Below are positions 52,723-61,249 of a stretch of 64,000 bases of DNA, in pieces (positions within the stretch are counted from its first letter, which is position 1; each line of letters starts with the position of its first letter). Below the pieces are notes generated by a model, which saw only the letters and a list, made by a program, of their open reading frames with translations, was not told where the DNA came from and searched no databases. The stretch comes from Nostocaceae cyanobacterium. GTDB taxonomy: Bacteria > Cyanobacteriota > Cyanobacteriia > Cyanobacteriales > Nostocaceae. Made by a program: the position numbers and the translations under genes. The stretch covers positions 2,548-66,547 of the forward strand of contig JASJCY010000029.1 in NCBI GenBank assembly GCA_030065825.1. Direction: 5' to 3'.

Positions 52723-52850
52723 ACTCAGGAGAAGGAGTCCAGAATTATATTGTTTACAATATTATTTTAATATTTCTTCCATATTTTTTATAACCTTAGT
52801 AAAGTTTAAATCTGAAATAATTACCCCAATAATTAGGGAAAAACTGCCAT

Positions 52851-52859
52851 ATAATAGCA
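52851..52859 (-). promoter_or_regulatory. Possible extended -10 element (TGCTATTAT) upstream of the helicase operon
   Basis: The minus strand reads ...AAAATTTGTGCTATTATATGG. The element lies ~70 nt upstream of the ATG at 52782. No convincing -35 element was seen. Confidence 0.3.
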
Positions 52860-52956
52860 CAAATTTTCTGTTTCGGCTTCAGGTTCAGGGAAAAAAAACA
52901 AAAAACTGAAGCGAAATCGTTACCCAGGATGAAGCAACATATTATATCTCCTGAAG

Positions 52957-53068
52957 CTACTCCCCTCCCGCTAGAAGATTACCGAATTGAGTGAGACTAA
53001 CAAGAGGGGGAAGAGGGGCAAGAGGGGGAGAAATTTTTATAGGTAATCTTAGAACGAGAAGGGAGTAG
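52957..53068. mobile_element. MITE-like element (inverted sibling of 18828-18941)
   Basis: TIRs are CTACTCCCCTCCCGCTAGAAGATTACC / GGTAATCTTAGAACGAGAAGGGAGTAG. It aligns near-identically to the reverse complement of the copy at 18.8 kb. Confidence 0.8.
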
Positions 53069-53132
53069 TCAAGATTTATAGGAGATTATTGATTATTTTG
53101 CTCGTAGAAATATTGATGCTGGAGAACCTTTT

Positions 53133-53179
53133 GTTAACGCACCTTGAATTATAACTTTAGTTATATAAATGTACGTTAC
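53133..53179 (+). repeat. Solo copy of the 'TAACGCACCTTGAATTATAA(C/T)TTTAGTTATATAAATGT' segment that recurs in the 232-bp repeats left of the island
   Basis: It is in the same orientation as the copies at 46143-46190, ~46375, ~46607 and ~46910. Confidence 0.8.
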
Positions 53180-53229
53180 TTTTAGTAGGTTGAATTTTAT
53201 TGCTGATTTAATTATGTAAAATTAAACCT

Positions 53230-53829
53230 TCAACTATTTTCTACTGTTATTTGTTGACAAGGACGGAACAGTCGCATATAAAAATACCCCGTTAAATAAA
53301 CAAAATTAACTGCTATCAATAATCCTTTAGTAATCCAAGATTGCTGTAGGGGAAATACATAAAGAGTTGCAACTAAAACCAACAGCTTTTCAATTAAAGA
53401 CACAACCCTACCATGATATTTGGGATTCCAATAGGAAATCGGACTAATAAAACGATAATGACTAAAGGGGAAAAAATGTCTATGTGCATCGTCATTATGT
53501 ACAGGAAAATCAAATACAGAATGCACTAAGGCACTAATCCCAATAATTTCTAAATACCAATAACCCAAATAATGAGTAATCAAAATGCCAATCAAAGCTA
53601 ATGGAATCGAGTGAAAACCATGGGTAATATTTTGCCAAAATGGATGATAGTAAATATTAGACCAAATTTTCTGTTCCGGTTGACGACAGATGAATTTTGC
53701 CCAAAAATACATCACAAACATCGGCATATCTGGTAACAATGCACCGACAACTATAGGTAAAGTAGCTGTCGGATGCTGTTGTGCTGTCAAAATCGCCAGG
53801 TTAAGGATAGCGTGACTGGGGGTGTTCAT
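53230..53829 (-). CDS. His-rich integral membrane protein, possibly a membrane-bound metal-dependent hydrolase (DUF457/YdjM-like)
   Basis: 199 aa with about 5 TM segments, an N-terminal MNTPSHAILN and the segment HSVFDFPVHNDDAHRHFFP. Confidence 0.45.
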   Translation of the reverse strand: MNTPSHAILNLAILTAQQHPTATLPIVVGALLPDMPMFVMYFWAKFICRQPEQKIWSNIYYHPFWQNITHGFHSIPLALIGILITHYLGYWYLEIIGISALVHSVFDFPVHNDDAHRHFFPFSHYRFISPISYWNPKYHGRVVSLIEKLLVLVATLYVFPLQQSWITKGLLIAVNFVYLTGYFYMRLFRPCQQITVENS

Positions 53830-53977
53830 ATTGGATAATTTATCTTGTTCACCTCCATTAGTTTACACTTTGTAATAGTGCTTGACTATGCAAAAGAAAC
53901 CGCGTTTCTTTGAAATTTAAGACTCAAAGATACCCAACTAATAGAAACCTAGTTTCTTATATAATTGCTAGAAAAGA

Positions 53978-54919
53978 TTATTTCCAGCGATTTCTCCCAT
54001 CTAAAAATTTCAACTGTCTATACAAACAACCAATCAACGGTAAATTGACACCTGCTGCTTGCGCTTTTCTCAAAGGATTACCCACAATTGCTTCGACTTC
54101 CAAGGGACGGTGTTCGTCATAATCAATTTTCATACTGGTGCGGTAAGGCTTCATTTTTACAGTGTAATCAAGCATCATTTCAATGAAACCAACAGAGATA
54201 ATACGTCCCCCACTTTTTGCACCTAACGCAACTTCATACATTAACTGTTCCACTAATTCACGAGTGTGAACATCTGCCATTAACTCATCTGTTGTAGCGT
54301 CAAGAATTACAGATAACCCATTGTAGGGAATATTCCACACTAACTTTTGCCAACGTCCTAATAGTAAATCCTCAGCTAATTCTATCCTAACCCCCGCAGT
54401 TTCAAAGTCCTTTTGTATTTGCTGCATTCTTTGGGTAATTCCCACGGGATAATAATCAACAGCATATTCTCCCAAAGTAATTTGTCCATAGTCTAAATGG
54501 CGAATATGTCCTAATCCTACTTTATTAGAACACAAAAAACACAACCCACCCATGACGCGATTACTACCAACAATATTCGCAACTTCTTCCTCAATTCCTA
54601 GTCCATTTTGTAATACCAATACCACCCCATCATCCTTAACCACAGACGGTAACATTTGCGGTAGTAAATCGTTTTGTGTCGTCTTGAATGCGACTATCAC
54701 CACATCACATTTTGGCATTTTCGCCACATCACAGTAAGCCTTAACTTTGGGAAGGGTAAAATCACCATCTTTCGAGTCAATAATTAAACCATTTTTAGTT
54801 ACATGTTCATAATCACGACGTAGTAAAAAATGAACATCAAATCCCCCTTTTTGCAACTTCGCACCGTAGAAACCACCTAAAGCACCAGTTCCTAAAATTG
54901 CATATTTGTAATTAGACAT
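53978..54919 (-). CDS. panE: 2-dehydropantoate 2-reductase (ketopantoate reductase)
   Basis: The N-terminus is YAILGTGALGGFYGAKLQKGG (Rossmann fold), followed by an ApbA/PanE-type core and C-terminal domain. The ATG at 54919 is preferred over 54943. Confidence 0.85.
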   Translation of the reverse strand: MSNYKYAILGTGALGGFYGAKLQKGGFDVHFLLRRDYEHVTKNGLIIDSKDGDFTLPKVKAYCDVAKMPKCDVVIVAFKTTQNDLLPQMLPSVVKDDGVVLVLQNGLGIEEEVANIVGSNRVMGGLCFLCSNKVGLGHIRHLDYGQITLGEYAVDYYPVGITQRMQQIQKDFETAGVRIELAEDLLLGRWQKLVWNIPYNGLSVILDATTDELMADVHTRELVEQLMYEVALGAKSGGRIISVGFIEMMLDYTVKMKPYRTSMKIDYDEHRPLEVEAIVGNPLRKAQAAGVNLPLIGCLYRQLKFLDGRNRWK

Positions 54920-55037
54920 AACCAAAACAAAAGATTTCAACAATAAAGTATAATAATTTTTTACCCTTATACTAAAACAACTTGATATACCTCCGTTAAA
55001 TTACATGCGGAAATAAACACAACTATATTAGGAAAGT

Positions 55038-55153
55038 CATATCTTGCACCACCCTAAGAAACCGGGTTTATTGATAATCACTAACTGAAAAACCTTAATT
55101 TTTGGTTGATAAACCCGGTTTCTCTGCGCTTGTTGCAACTGGTGCAAGATGTC
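55038..55153. mobile_element. MITE-like element, CATATCTTGCACC family
   Basis: TIRs are CATATCTTGCACC / GGTGCAAGATGTC, with internal AAACCGGGTTT...AAACCCGGTTT inverted repeats. Confidence 0.8.
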
Positions 55154-55377
55154 AGGAAACGTAAATAACCCTGAAACCTTTACCAATGACATAGCTTGCT
55201 TCTCGCATGATTGCGAGTGTGACAAATGACGACCCTAAAAGCGTTCGCTTTATTTGTACCTACCTACTTATTCATATAAATTATTAATAACTTCCTGGTT
55301 CAAGATTGATAATTTATCTCAATTTGTTTAAAGACTAAAATAAAAATTATAATATATTTAAGTTATCAAATTACGTA

Positions 55378-55707
55378 ATGCTAGACTTAAATTACTTAGC
55401 TGAGTTTTCCCGTACCAACTGCGTTGCTATTTGTGCATTCCTGGTACCAGCTAATTTACTTGCTACACTATTAACGATGATTCTAACTGGAATTTGTCGT
55501 CCATTATATCAAATCTGGCAAGCCGCAGTCATCGCTAGCTTTTTTGCTTTTGTGATGATGTTACATGTCTACAGCTGGTTTGCAATTGGTGTAGTCATGC
55601 TTCCCACATATATTTTGCTATCCCTAGCAATCACCTGCGTTTTAATTAATTTAGGAGCAATCTTCTATCACAAACACTACCTAAATAACCCTACTTTTGG
55701 ACAATAG
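55378..55707 (+). CDS. Hypothetical small membrane protein (3 TM segments)
   Basis: 109-aa hydrophobic ORF. No family recognised. Confidence 0.45.
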   Translation: MLDLNYLAEFSRTNCVAICAFLVPANLLATLLTMILTGICRPLYQIWQAAVIASFFAFVMMLHVYSWFAIGVVMLPTYILLSLAITCVLINLGAIFYHKHYLNNPTFGQ

Positions 55708-55870
55708 AACGATTATAAGTAAAACTTTTTGGTGATATCAAATTCGACTGATTACTTATATAATTAGCACTTGCTGGTAAATGGTAAAGGATAAATGCTA
55801 AAAGGTGAAAATAAAACGATACTGAGTTTATCTTTCCCAAAACACACCAGTTCATATAATGGGTAATTAG

Positions 55871-56047
55871 ATGTAGGTTGGGTTACTCTGCGAGAAGCCG
55901 CACTCAAAGAGAAGCCACGACCTGTCTTGCGCGTCTACATGCTACCCCTCCGGGGAAGCAAGCTACAACCCAACAACCGCAACCGATTGCGTTGGGTGGA
56001 GGGGCTAGGAAATTTCAACACTTCCAAGACTTTTGTCAGTCAACCAG
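55871..56047. mobile_element. MITE-like element (TTGACTGACAAA family) lacking the left TIR, flanked by a 35-bp perfect direct repeat
   Basis: The direct repeat CCCAAAACACACCAGTTCATATAATGGGTAATTAG occurs at 55836-55870 and 56048-56082. The right arm is identical in orientation to the copy at 16428-16605, but the internal segment is inverted. Confidence 0.8.
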
Positions 56048-56149
56048 CCCAAAACACACCAGTTCATATAATGGGTAATTAGTCGGACTTGATATCAGAA
56101 AAATTTTCATTCTCCCCTTTAATTGTAAAATTTTGTTAAAATTTCCAAA

Positions 56150-56300
56150 ATCATACTTTTCTTGCCAATCTGGCTATTTGAAAGAACTGTTCTCCATCGT
56201 CAGGGAACGAGATTTTAGGGTTTACAGCAACCTATTTTATGCTATAATGATGCTATCCGTTGTCTTTTCCTGCCATTTTTTATATCAAGGTTTCGTGACA
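56150..56300 (+). repeat. Copy E of the promoter-bearing dispersed repeat family
   Basis: ...ACGAGATTTTAGG-GTTTACA-N16-TATAAT...TTTTCCTGCCATTTTTTATATCAAGGTTTCGTGACA. Confidence 0.7.
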
Positions 56301-56694
56301 TAGTGAAATTATTGTTTCATGACATTTTGAACTCTTATAAAGAAACCGGGTGTTTCAAAAATAGATATAAAACTCTCTGGAGGGTGTAGAAACTGGGTTT
56401 GTTTATTTGGTATAAGCGCTTTTGTTGATTCTTTATAAAGCTTTTCACTTTTGATCAAATACAATCTTGTGTGGGATGGGCATGTCATATCTTGCACCAT
56501 TCTCAACAAACATGGAGAAACCGAGGCAGACGCTAACAGCGTCTACCCAGAGTCAAGTCTTGGTTTACTTCAGCTATTTGGGAGACTCGTAAAATGCGAT
56601 AAAAATGCATAAAACGGTACAAAATTGTTGTCTGAGTGAGGGGTGGTAAACGGTAATAGGAGTTGAACCTCCCACCCATCTTTCTAGACGTTGG

Positions 56695-58149
56695 TTAGCT
56701 CCCACTAGCCAGCTTTTTGAAAGCCTTACTTTTGGTATGCTTAGAATCAAGCCATCCAAGCTCAACAGCTTCTACCAAAGTAAACCCCAATCCTTTCAAA
56801 AAACACGCGGTGCGGCGTATTAATACTGCTTGTACTTCCTCTTTACGCATAAAGCGCGTAATATCCTTATCAGCACCACGAACAAGGATGTTCCTAGCAG
56901 CATTTAGGTCAGCCTGTAATACACCCCCAGTAAACCTGATAAAATTGTCTCCTTTCCTCGCTCCTAACAAGGTGCCAGTTACGGAGTCAACTTGCGATGT
57001 ATAACTTGGTTGAACCTCTGTGATAACTGAACCAGTCCAGTTAGCCCATTTTTGTAATGAGTCCCGCATGTAGCCTTTCATCCATGCGTTTAACTTGCGG
57101 GACATTGCTTTTGATTGACGCTTACCTTTAATAGGTTTGGTCAAATCTTCTGCAAAAACTTTTACTTGTCCTGAGAACAAAGACCTGGAAGCACTGCCAA
57201 TTAACGAAGTGATTTCTGCCTGATCTCGTCTGTAGCGTCGATTTTCAGTTTTTCTAGTTAAATTATTTTCTAAGATCCTGGCAGATTTAGCAGGGTCTGT
57301 TGTCTTATGCTTACGACTCAATGCCCAGAGCTTCCCTCTGTTACGGTTTTTAGCGGTTATGCTTAAAGATTTTCTTGAAGCAAGCTTGCCTAACCCTGCA
57401 CCGTGAACATTGCCGTCAGAATCGTAGTAAGCTTCTGTATAGCCTTTGTCGATTCCAATTGTCTTTAATTCTTTAGGGACGCTCACGGTACCGTAATTAA
57501 CTAGCATGTGAATCTCAAAACGATCTAAATCCTGATTGTGGATTAAACGAATTTGACCTTTAATTTTACGGTTAGAACGAACAATGATTCTATTCCTTTT
57601 ACCACGCTGCAAACCCGCTAGCTCTAATTGGTAAATATAACGGTCAATACGTTTGCATGTATAACCACCTTGTTGGTAAACAATTTGATTTCTTGCCCAA
57701 GAATGACCGCGCTGATATTGTTTCCTGACAATACGATGCAAAAAAGAATCAGTCAAAAACTCAGTACTAGAAAGCTTTTTATAGCAGTCTTTGCGTTTAC
57801 TTTCGTTCTCATTACCCGGATAGCGATGCCATATGTTACTACGCAAAGCTTCAATACATGCAGCTTGTTGAGCGTTAATAGCTTTAGAAACATCTGATAC
57901 TGTCCATTCCATTAGTTTTGACGGCAGTCCTAATGATTCTGGAGTCCGAAAAGCCCTTACTAGCGGGTAAGCCTTTCTCCAGTCTAAACCCCAATAGTTA
58001 ACACTTCCAAGCTTGTTATAAGTCTCAGAGCGAACAACACCTAGACGCTGCATCGTAGCCAGTAACTCAGCTTTAACATAATCTGGCATACTAGTTACAA
58101 GTAATATTTGAGTTGATATTTTGTCTGTTTTTTTGTTGCGTTTAGGCAT
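56695..58149 (-). CDS. tnpB: TnpB-like RNA-guided nuclease (IS607-associated), RuvC triad present, Zn-ribbon cysteines absent
   Basis: RuvC-I is TIGIDKGY, RuvC-II is KVFAEDL and RuvC-III is LQADLNAARNI. The segment SYTSQVDSVTGTLLGARKGDNFIRFTGG replaces the usual CxxC...CxxC. Confidence 0.8.
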   Translation of the reverse strand: MPKRNKKTDKISTQILLVTSMPDYVKAELLATMQRLGVVRSETYNKLGSVNYWGLDWRKAYPLVRAFRTPESLGLPSKLMEWTVSDVSKAINAQQAACIEALRSNIWHRYPGNENESKRKDCYKKLSSTEFLTDSFLHRIVRKQYQRGHSWARNQIVYQQGGYTCKRIDRYIYQLELAGLQRGKRNRIIVRSNRKIKGQIRLIHNQDLDRFEIHMLVNYGTVSVPKELKTIGIDKGYTEAYYDSDGNVHGAGLGKLASRKSLSITAKNRNRGKLWALSRKHKTTDPAKSARILENNLTRKTENRRYRRDQAEITSLIGSASRSLFSGQVKVFAEDLTKPIKGKRQSKAMSRKLNAWMKGYMRDSLQKWANWTGSVITEVQPSYTSQVDSVTGTLLGARKGDNFIRFTGGVLQADLNAARNILVRGADKDITRFMRKEEVQAVLIRRTACFLKGLGFTLVEAVELGWLDSKHTKSKAFKKLASGS

Positions 58150-58184
58150 TGCTCGACCTCCAATACTTTTTGTATATTATATCG

Positions 58185-58775
58185 CTACTTGTCCTTTTTG
58201 TCCGTTTCCGTAATATGGCGTTTAATTTCTTTTTCGTAGCGACGCAAAAAATATAACTTAGAGCTAAATGAATGCATAATCGCTAAAAAATCATCCATCA
58301 TTTCTTGGTGTGGCGTTTTATAAGCATTGTTAAGAACCACAATTTTGCATCGATTGAGGTTGCAAAACCACTCTACAAAGTCAAAGCCAAACCTGCATAA
58401 CCTGTCTTTGTGGGCTACAACAATTGTCTTTATCTGTGACTTGGCAACGCGCTCCATAATACTGATAAATTTTTTGCGCTTAAAATTCATTCCAGAACCA
58501 TATTCTGAGAAACATCGGCAGTTTGGATAATTTTTAGCTAAGTATTTAATCTGCGATTCTAAATCATCTTGTTGGGTTTTGGTTGACACTCTGGCGTATA
58601 AAATAACAGGTCGAATATCTTCTTGAGATATGACGCGTTCCAGCGATTTAACGGAATATCTGCGGTGTCCCCCAGGTGACTTGATGAAATCAATTTTCCC
58701 ATCGTCAGCCCACCTGCTCAAAGTTCGACGATGATATCCATAACGTTTTTGCGCTTCAATCGGAGTAAGGTACAT
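58185..58775 (-). CDS. tnpA: IS607-family serine recombinase transposase (MerR-like HTH plus resolvase catalytic domain)
   Basis: It has the HTH segment YGYHRRTLSRWADDGKIDFIKSPGGHRRY and the catalytic serine segment ILYARVSTKTQQDDLESQ. Confidence 0.88.
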   Translation of the reverse strand: MYLTPIEAQKRYGYHRRTLSRWADDGKIDFIKSPGGHRRYSVKSLERVISQEDIRPVILYARVSTKTQQDDLESQIKYLAKNYPNCRCFSEYGSGMNFKRKKFISIMERVAKSQIKTIVVAHKDRLCRFGFDFVEWFCNLNRCKIVVLNNAYKTPHQEMMDDFLAIMHSFSSKLYFLRRYEKEIKRHITETDKKDK

Positions 58776-58981
58776 AACTTGTCCAATTTATGTCGTTATG
58801 TACCATTTTAGGCTTATTTATTCTTGCCTAATCAAACGGCGTTACCATTACCTGTGGGGGAATAGCAAGAAATAAATTATCTCATATTGTGGGGTAGGCA
58901 TCCTTGCCTGCCCTCACACACAGGCAAAGATGCCTATACCACTATCAAATTTTGGGATATTTTTATTTGCAAGTCCCTGAA

Positions 58982-60334
58982 TTAGCTTGCTTCAGCCCGT
59001 AACTGATTCACAACCTGATCCAATCCTACAGAGTGCGCTGCTTTAAACAAAATGCGATCGCCTGCTTTCACAGACTTCTTCAACCCTGTCACTAACTCTG
59101 CATGGCTAGTAAAGCATTCTGTGGGGATACCTGAAGCACTCTCAGCTATTAATTGAGCATCAGCGCAGTCAGCCAAAACCAGCAAAGCATCTAAATTTAA
59201 CTTCCGTACTGCTTCCCCGACTTGCTTGTGTAATTGCCCAGACTTCTCTCCCAATTCTTTCATCGCTCCCAAAACAGCAATTCGTCGCTTTCCTGGGGTT
59301 TGTGCTAACAAATTTAAAGCTGCTACCATAGCTTCTGGTGCAGCATTATAAGTCTCATCTAACAGTACCACATCATTGGGCAAAGTAAAACATTGCGATC
59401 GCCCTCCTGGCATATCCACAGTTACCCCTGATTGCAAACATGACCAATCAATACCCAATATTTGCGCCACAGCCAAAGCAGCCATATAATTAGCGCCAAT
59501 GTGACGTCCCGGCATGGGCAGAGGTAAGCGCATTCCTGCAACTTCCAGAGTGTGGTTATCAATTAATTTACCGTGGATATCGCCCCCAGTAAAGCCGAAA
59601 CTTATAACTTGACCTTGCCAAACTTTAGCTGCCGTTTCCATCAACAAGGGGTTGTCATAATTGAGAATTGCTACGCCATCGGTAGGCATTTCTTCCAAGA
59701 GTTCGCATTTTGCGGCAGCAATTGCAGTTTCCGAACCCAATAATTCGATGTGTGCTGTACCTACATTAGTAATTACACCAATATTTGGATGTGCTATTTG
59801 TGTTAATTCTGCAATTTGTCCGACTCCCCGCATCGCCATTTCAATGACAGCAAAATCATGGTCTGTAGATAGTTCTAGGAGAGTTTTGGGGACACCGATT
59901 TCATTGTTAAAATTAGCATGAGTTTTGTGGACTCGTCCTTGGGTTGCCAAAACAGCGGCGATTAGTTCCTTAGTAGTAGTTTTACCGACAGAACCTGTTA
60001 CCCCGATTACTGGTATATTAAAGCGATCACGCCACCATCTGCCAATTTGTTGATACGCTTTGAGAGTATCCTTTACCTGCAAAATTGGGTATTGTGGATC
60101 TTGATAATCAAAATCAACAATTGCTGCTAAAGCACCCTTAGCAATGGCAGAACAGACAAACTCATGTCCATCAAACTTCTCCCCCCGTAAAGCCACAAAC
60201 ACTTCTCCTGGCTTGATGATACGGGTATCTGTTTGGATACCTTGACTTAATTGTCCTAAGGCTGCTGTTGATAAGTTTGCAGCCTTGGCATTGAGAACGT
60301 CAATTAGTTGGTTGAGGGTGGCAGAACAAGCCAT
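58982..60334 (-). CDS. murF: UDP-N-acetylmuramoyl-tripeptide--D-alanyl-D-alanine ligase
   Basis: It has the Mur ligase P-loop GVTGSVGKTTTKE, and the segments FAVIEMAMRGVGQI and LLDETYNAAPEAM. Confidence 0.93.
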   Translation of the reverse strand: MACSATLNQLIDVLNAKAANLSTAALGQLSQGIQTDTRIIKPGEVFVALRGEKFDGHEFVCSAIAKGALAAIVDFDYQDPQYPILQVKDTLKAYQQIGRWWRDRFNIPVIGVTGSVGKTTTKELIAAVLATQGRVHKTHANFNNEIGVPKTLLELSTDHDFAVIEMAMRGVGQIAELTQIAHPNIGVITNVGTAHIELLGSETAIAAAKCELLEEMPTDGVAILNYDNPLLMETAAKVWQGQVISFGFTGGDIHGKLIDNHTLEVAGMRLPLPMPGRHIGANYMAALAVAQILGIDWSCLQSGVTVDMPGGRSQCFTLPNDVVLLDETYNAAPEAMVAALNLLAQTPGKRRIAVLGAMKELGEKSGQLHKQVGEAVRKLNLDALLVLADCADAQLIAESASGIPTECFTSHAELVTGLKKSVKAGDRILFKAAHSVGLDQVVNQLRAEAS

Positions 60335-60396
60335 AATCTTAGAGAGTGTTTAGATTGTAAAATAATAGTTTATTCAATTGTGTAAATATACCTTCC

Positions 60397-60535
60397 CTGG
60401 TTGACTGACAAAAGTCTTGGAAGTGTTGAAATTTCGTAGGTTGGGTGTCGTCCCTCCACCCAACGCAATCGGTTGCGGTTGTTGGGTTGAAGCATCAAAC
60501 CCAAGCTACATCAAAACGATTTGTCAGTCAATCAG
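60397..60535. mobile_element. MITE-like element (TTGACTGACAAA family), short variant, reverse orientation
   Basis: TIRs are CTGGTTGACTGACAAAAG / GATTTGTCAGTCAATCAG. Confidence 0.8.
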
Positions 60536-60781
60536 CCTTGTTCCCAGTTGTTAGCAAGATAATCTCCCTTTCATCCTATAATTTTTTGGCAAATAAAATA
60601 AACTAATAAAGTAAATATTATCACACATACTTCTCCATTCAGATATAAATTCACCTCAACAAGAACACAGAAACCGGGTTTATTGAAAATAGTTAACTGC
60701 AAACAGCCTAATTTTTGATTTAATAAACCTGGTTTCTCAAGCAAGTTAAATGTTGCTTTTTTTCCCACAACTTTTCCAGTT

Positions 60782-61159
60782 TTGGGGAATGCAAGTCCTT
60801 TAACGATTACATTTGATACTCCTGTTACTGGTGCGGGAACTCAGATAGCTGTAGACGACACTGCCAATTTTACTGTTTTTATCTCAGCTTTTGACGAAAA
60901 TAATCATCTTTTAGGAACTTTTGCACAGCCTGGAACCTCTTCCCTAGAACTAGATAATTCCGCAATATTTCTAGGGGTTGTGAGTCACACTTCCAACATT
61001 AAAACTCTAGTCTATAGTTCCTCTGAACCGGAAAAAACATTTGCCATTAACAAACTTAGCTTGGTGAGAGTACCCGATTCTTCTTCTACCATCGGTCTGC
61101 TAGCCTTTGGTATTTTAGGCACAAATTCAATTCTTAAGCGCAAACTCAAACAGTCCTAA
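60782..61159 (+). CDS. PEP-CTERM sorting-domain protein, probably 5'-truncated (no signal peptide; degenerate MITE immediately upstream)
   Basis: The C-terminus VPDSSSTIGLLAFGILGTNSILKRKLK is a PEP-CTERM-type anchor. The ORF opens with TTG and lacks an N-terminal leader. Confidence 0.55.
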   Translation: MGNASPLTITFDTPVTGAGTQIAVDDTANFTVFISAFDENNHLLGTFAQPGTSSLELDNSAIFLGVVSHTSNIKTLVYSSSEPEKTFAINKLSLVRVPDSSSTIGLLAFGILGTNSILKRKLKQS

Positions 61160-61249
61160 TTAGATAGATTCATAGTATTTCTCTCTCAAATGAGTAAATT
61201 TTTGTAATACTGTTCTAATAAGTGTTGGTTACACTAGGAGAATATACTC

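Larger units (their letters stand above)
56527..58850 (-). mobile_element. IS607-family insertion sequence (serine recombinase TnpA plus TnpB); ends approximate
   Basis: The tnpA-tnpB gene pair is present. A CATATCTTGCACC-family MITE (56486-56527) is cut off at ...GAGAAACCG, which marks the tnpB-side end. The tnpA-side end could not be defined. Confidence 0.75.
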
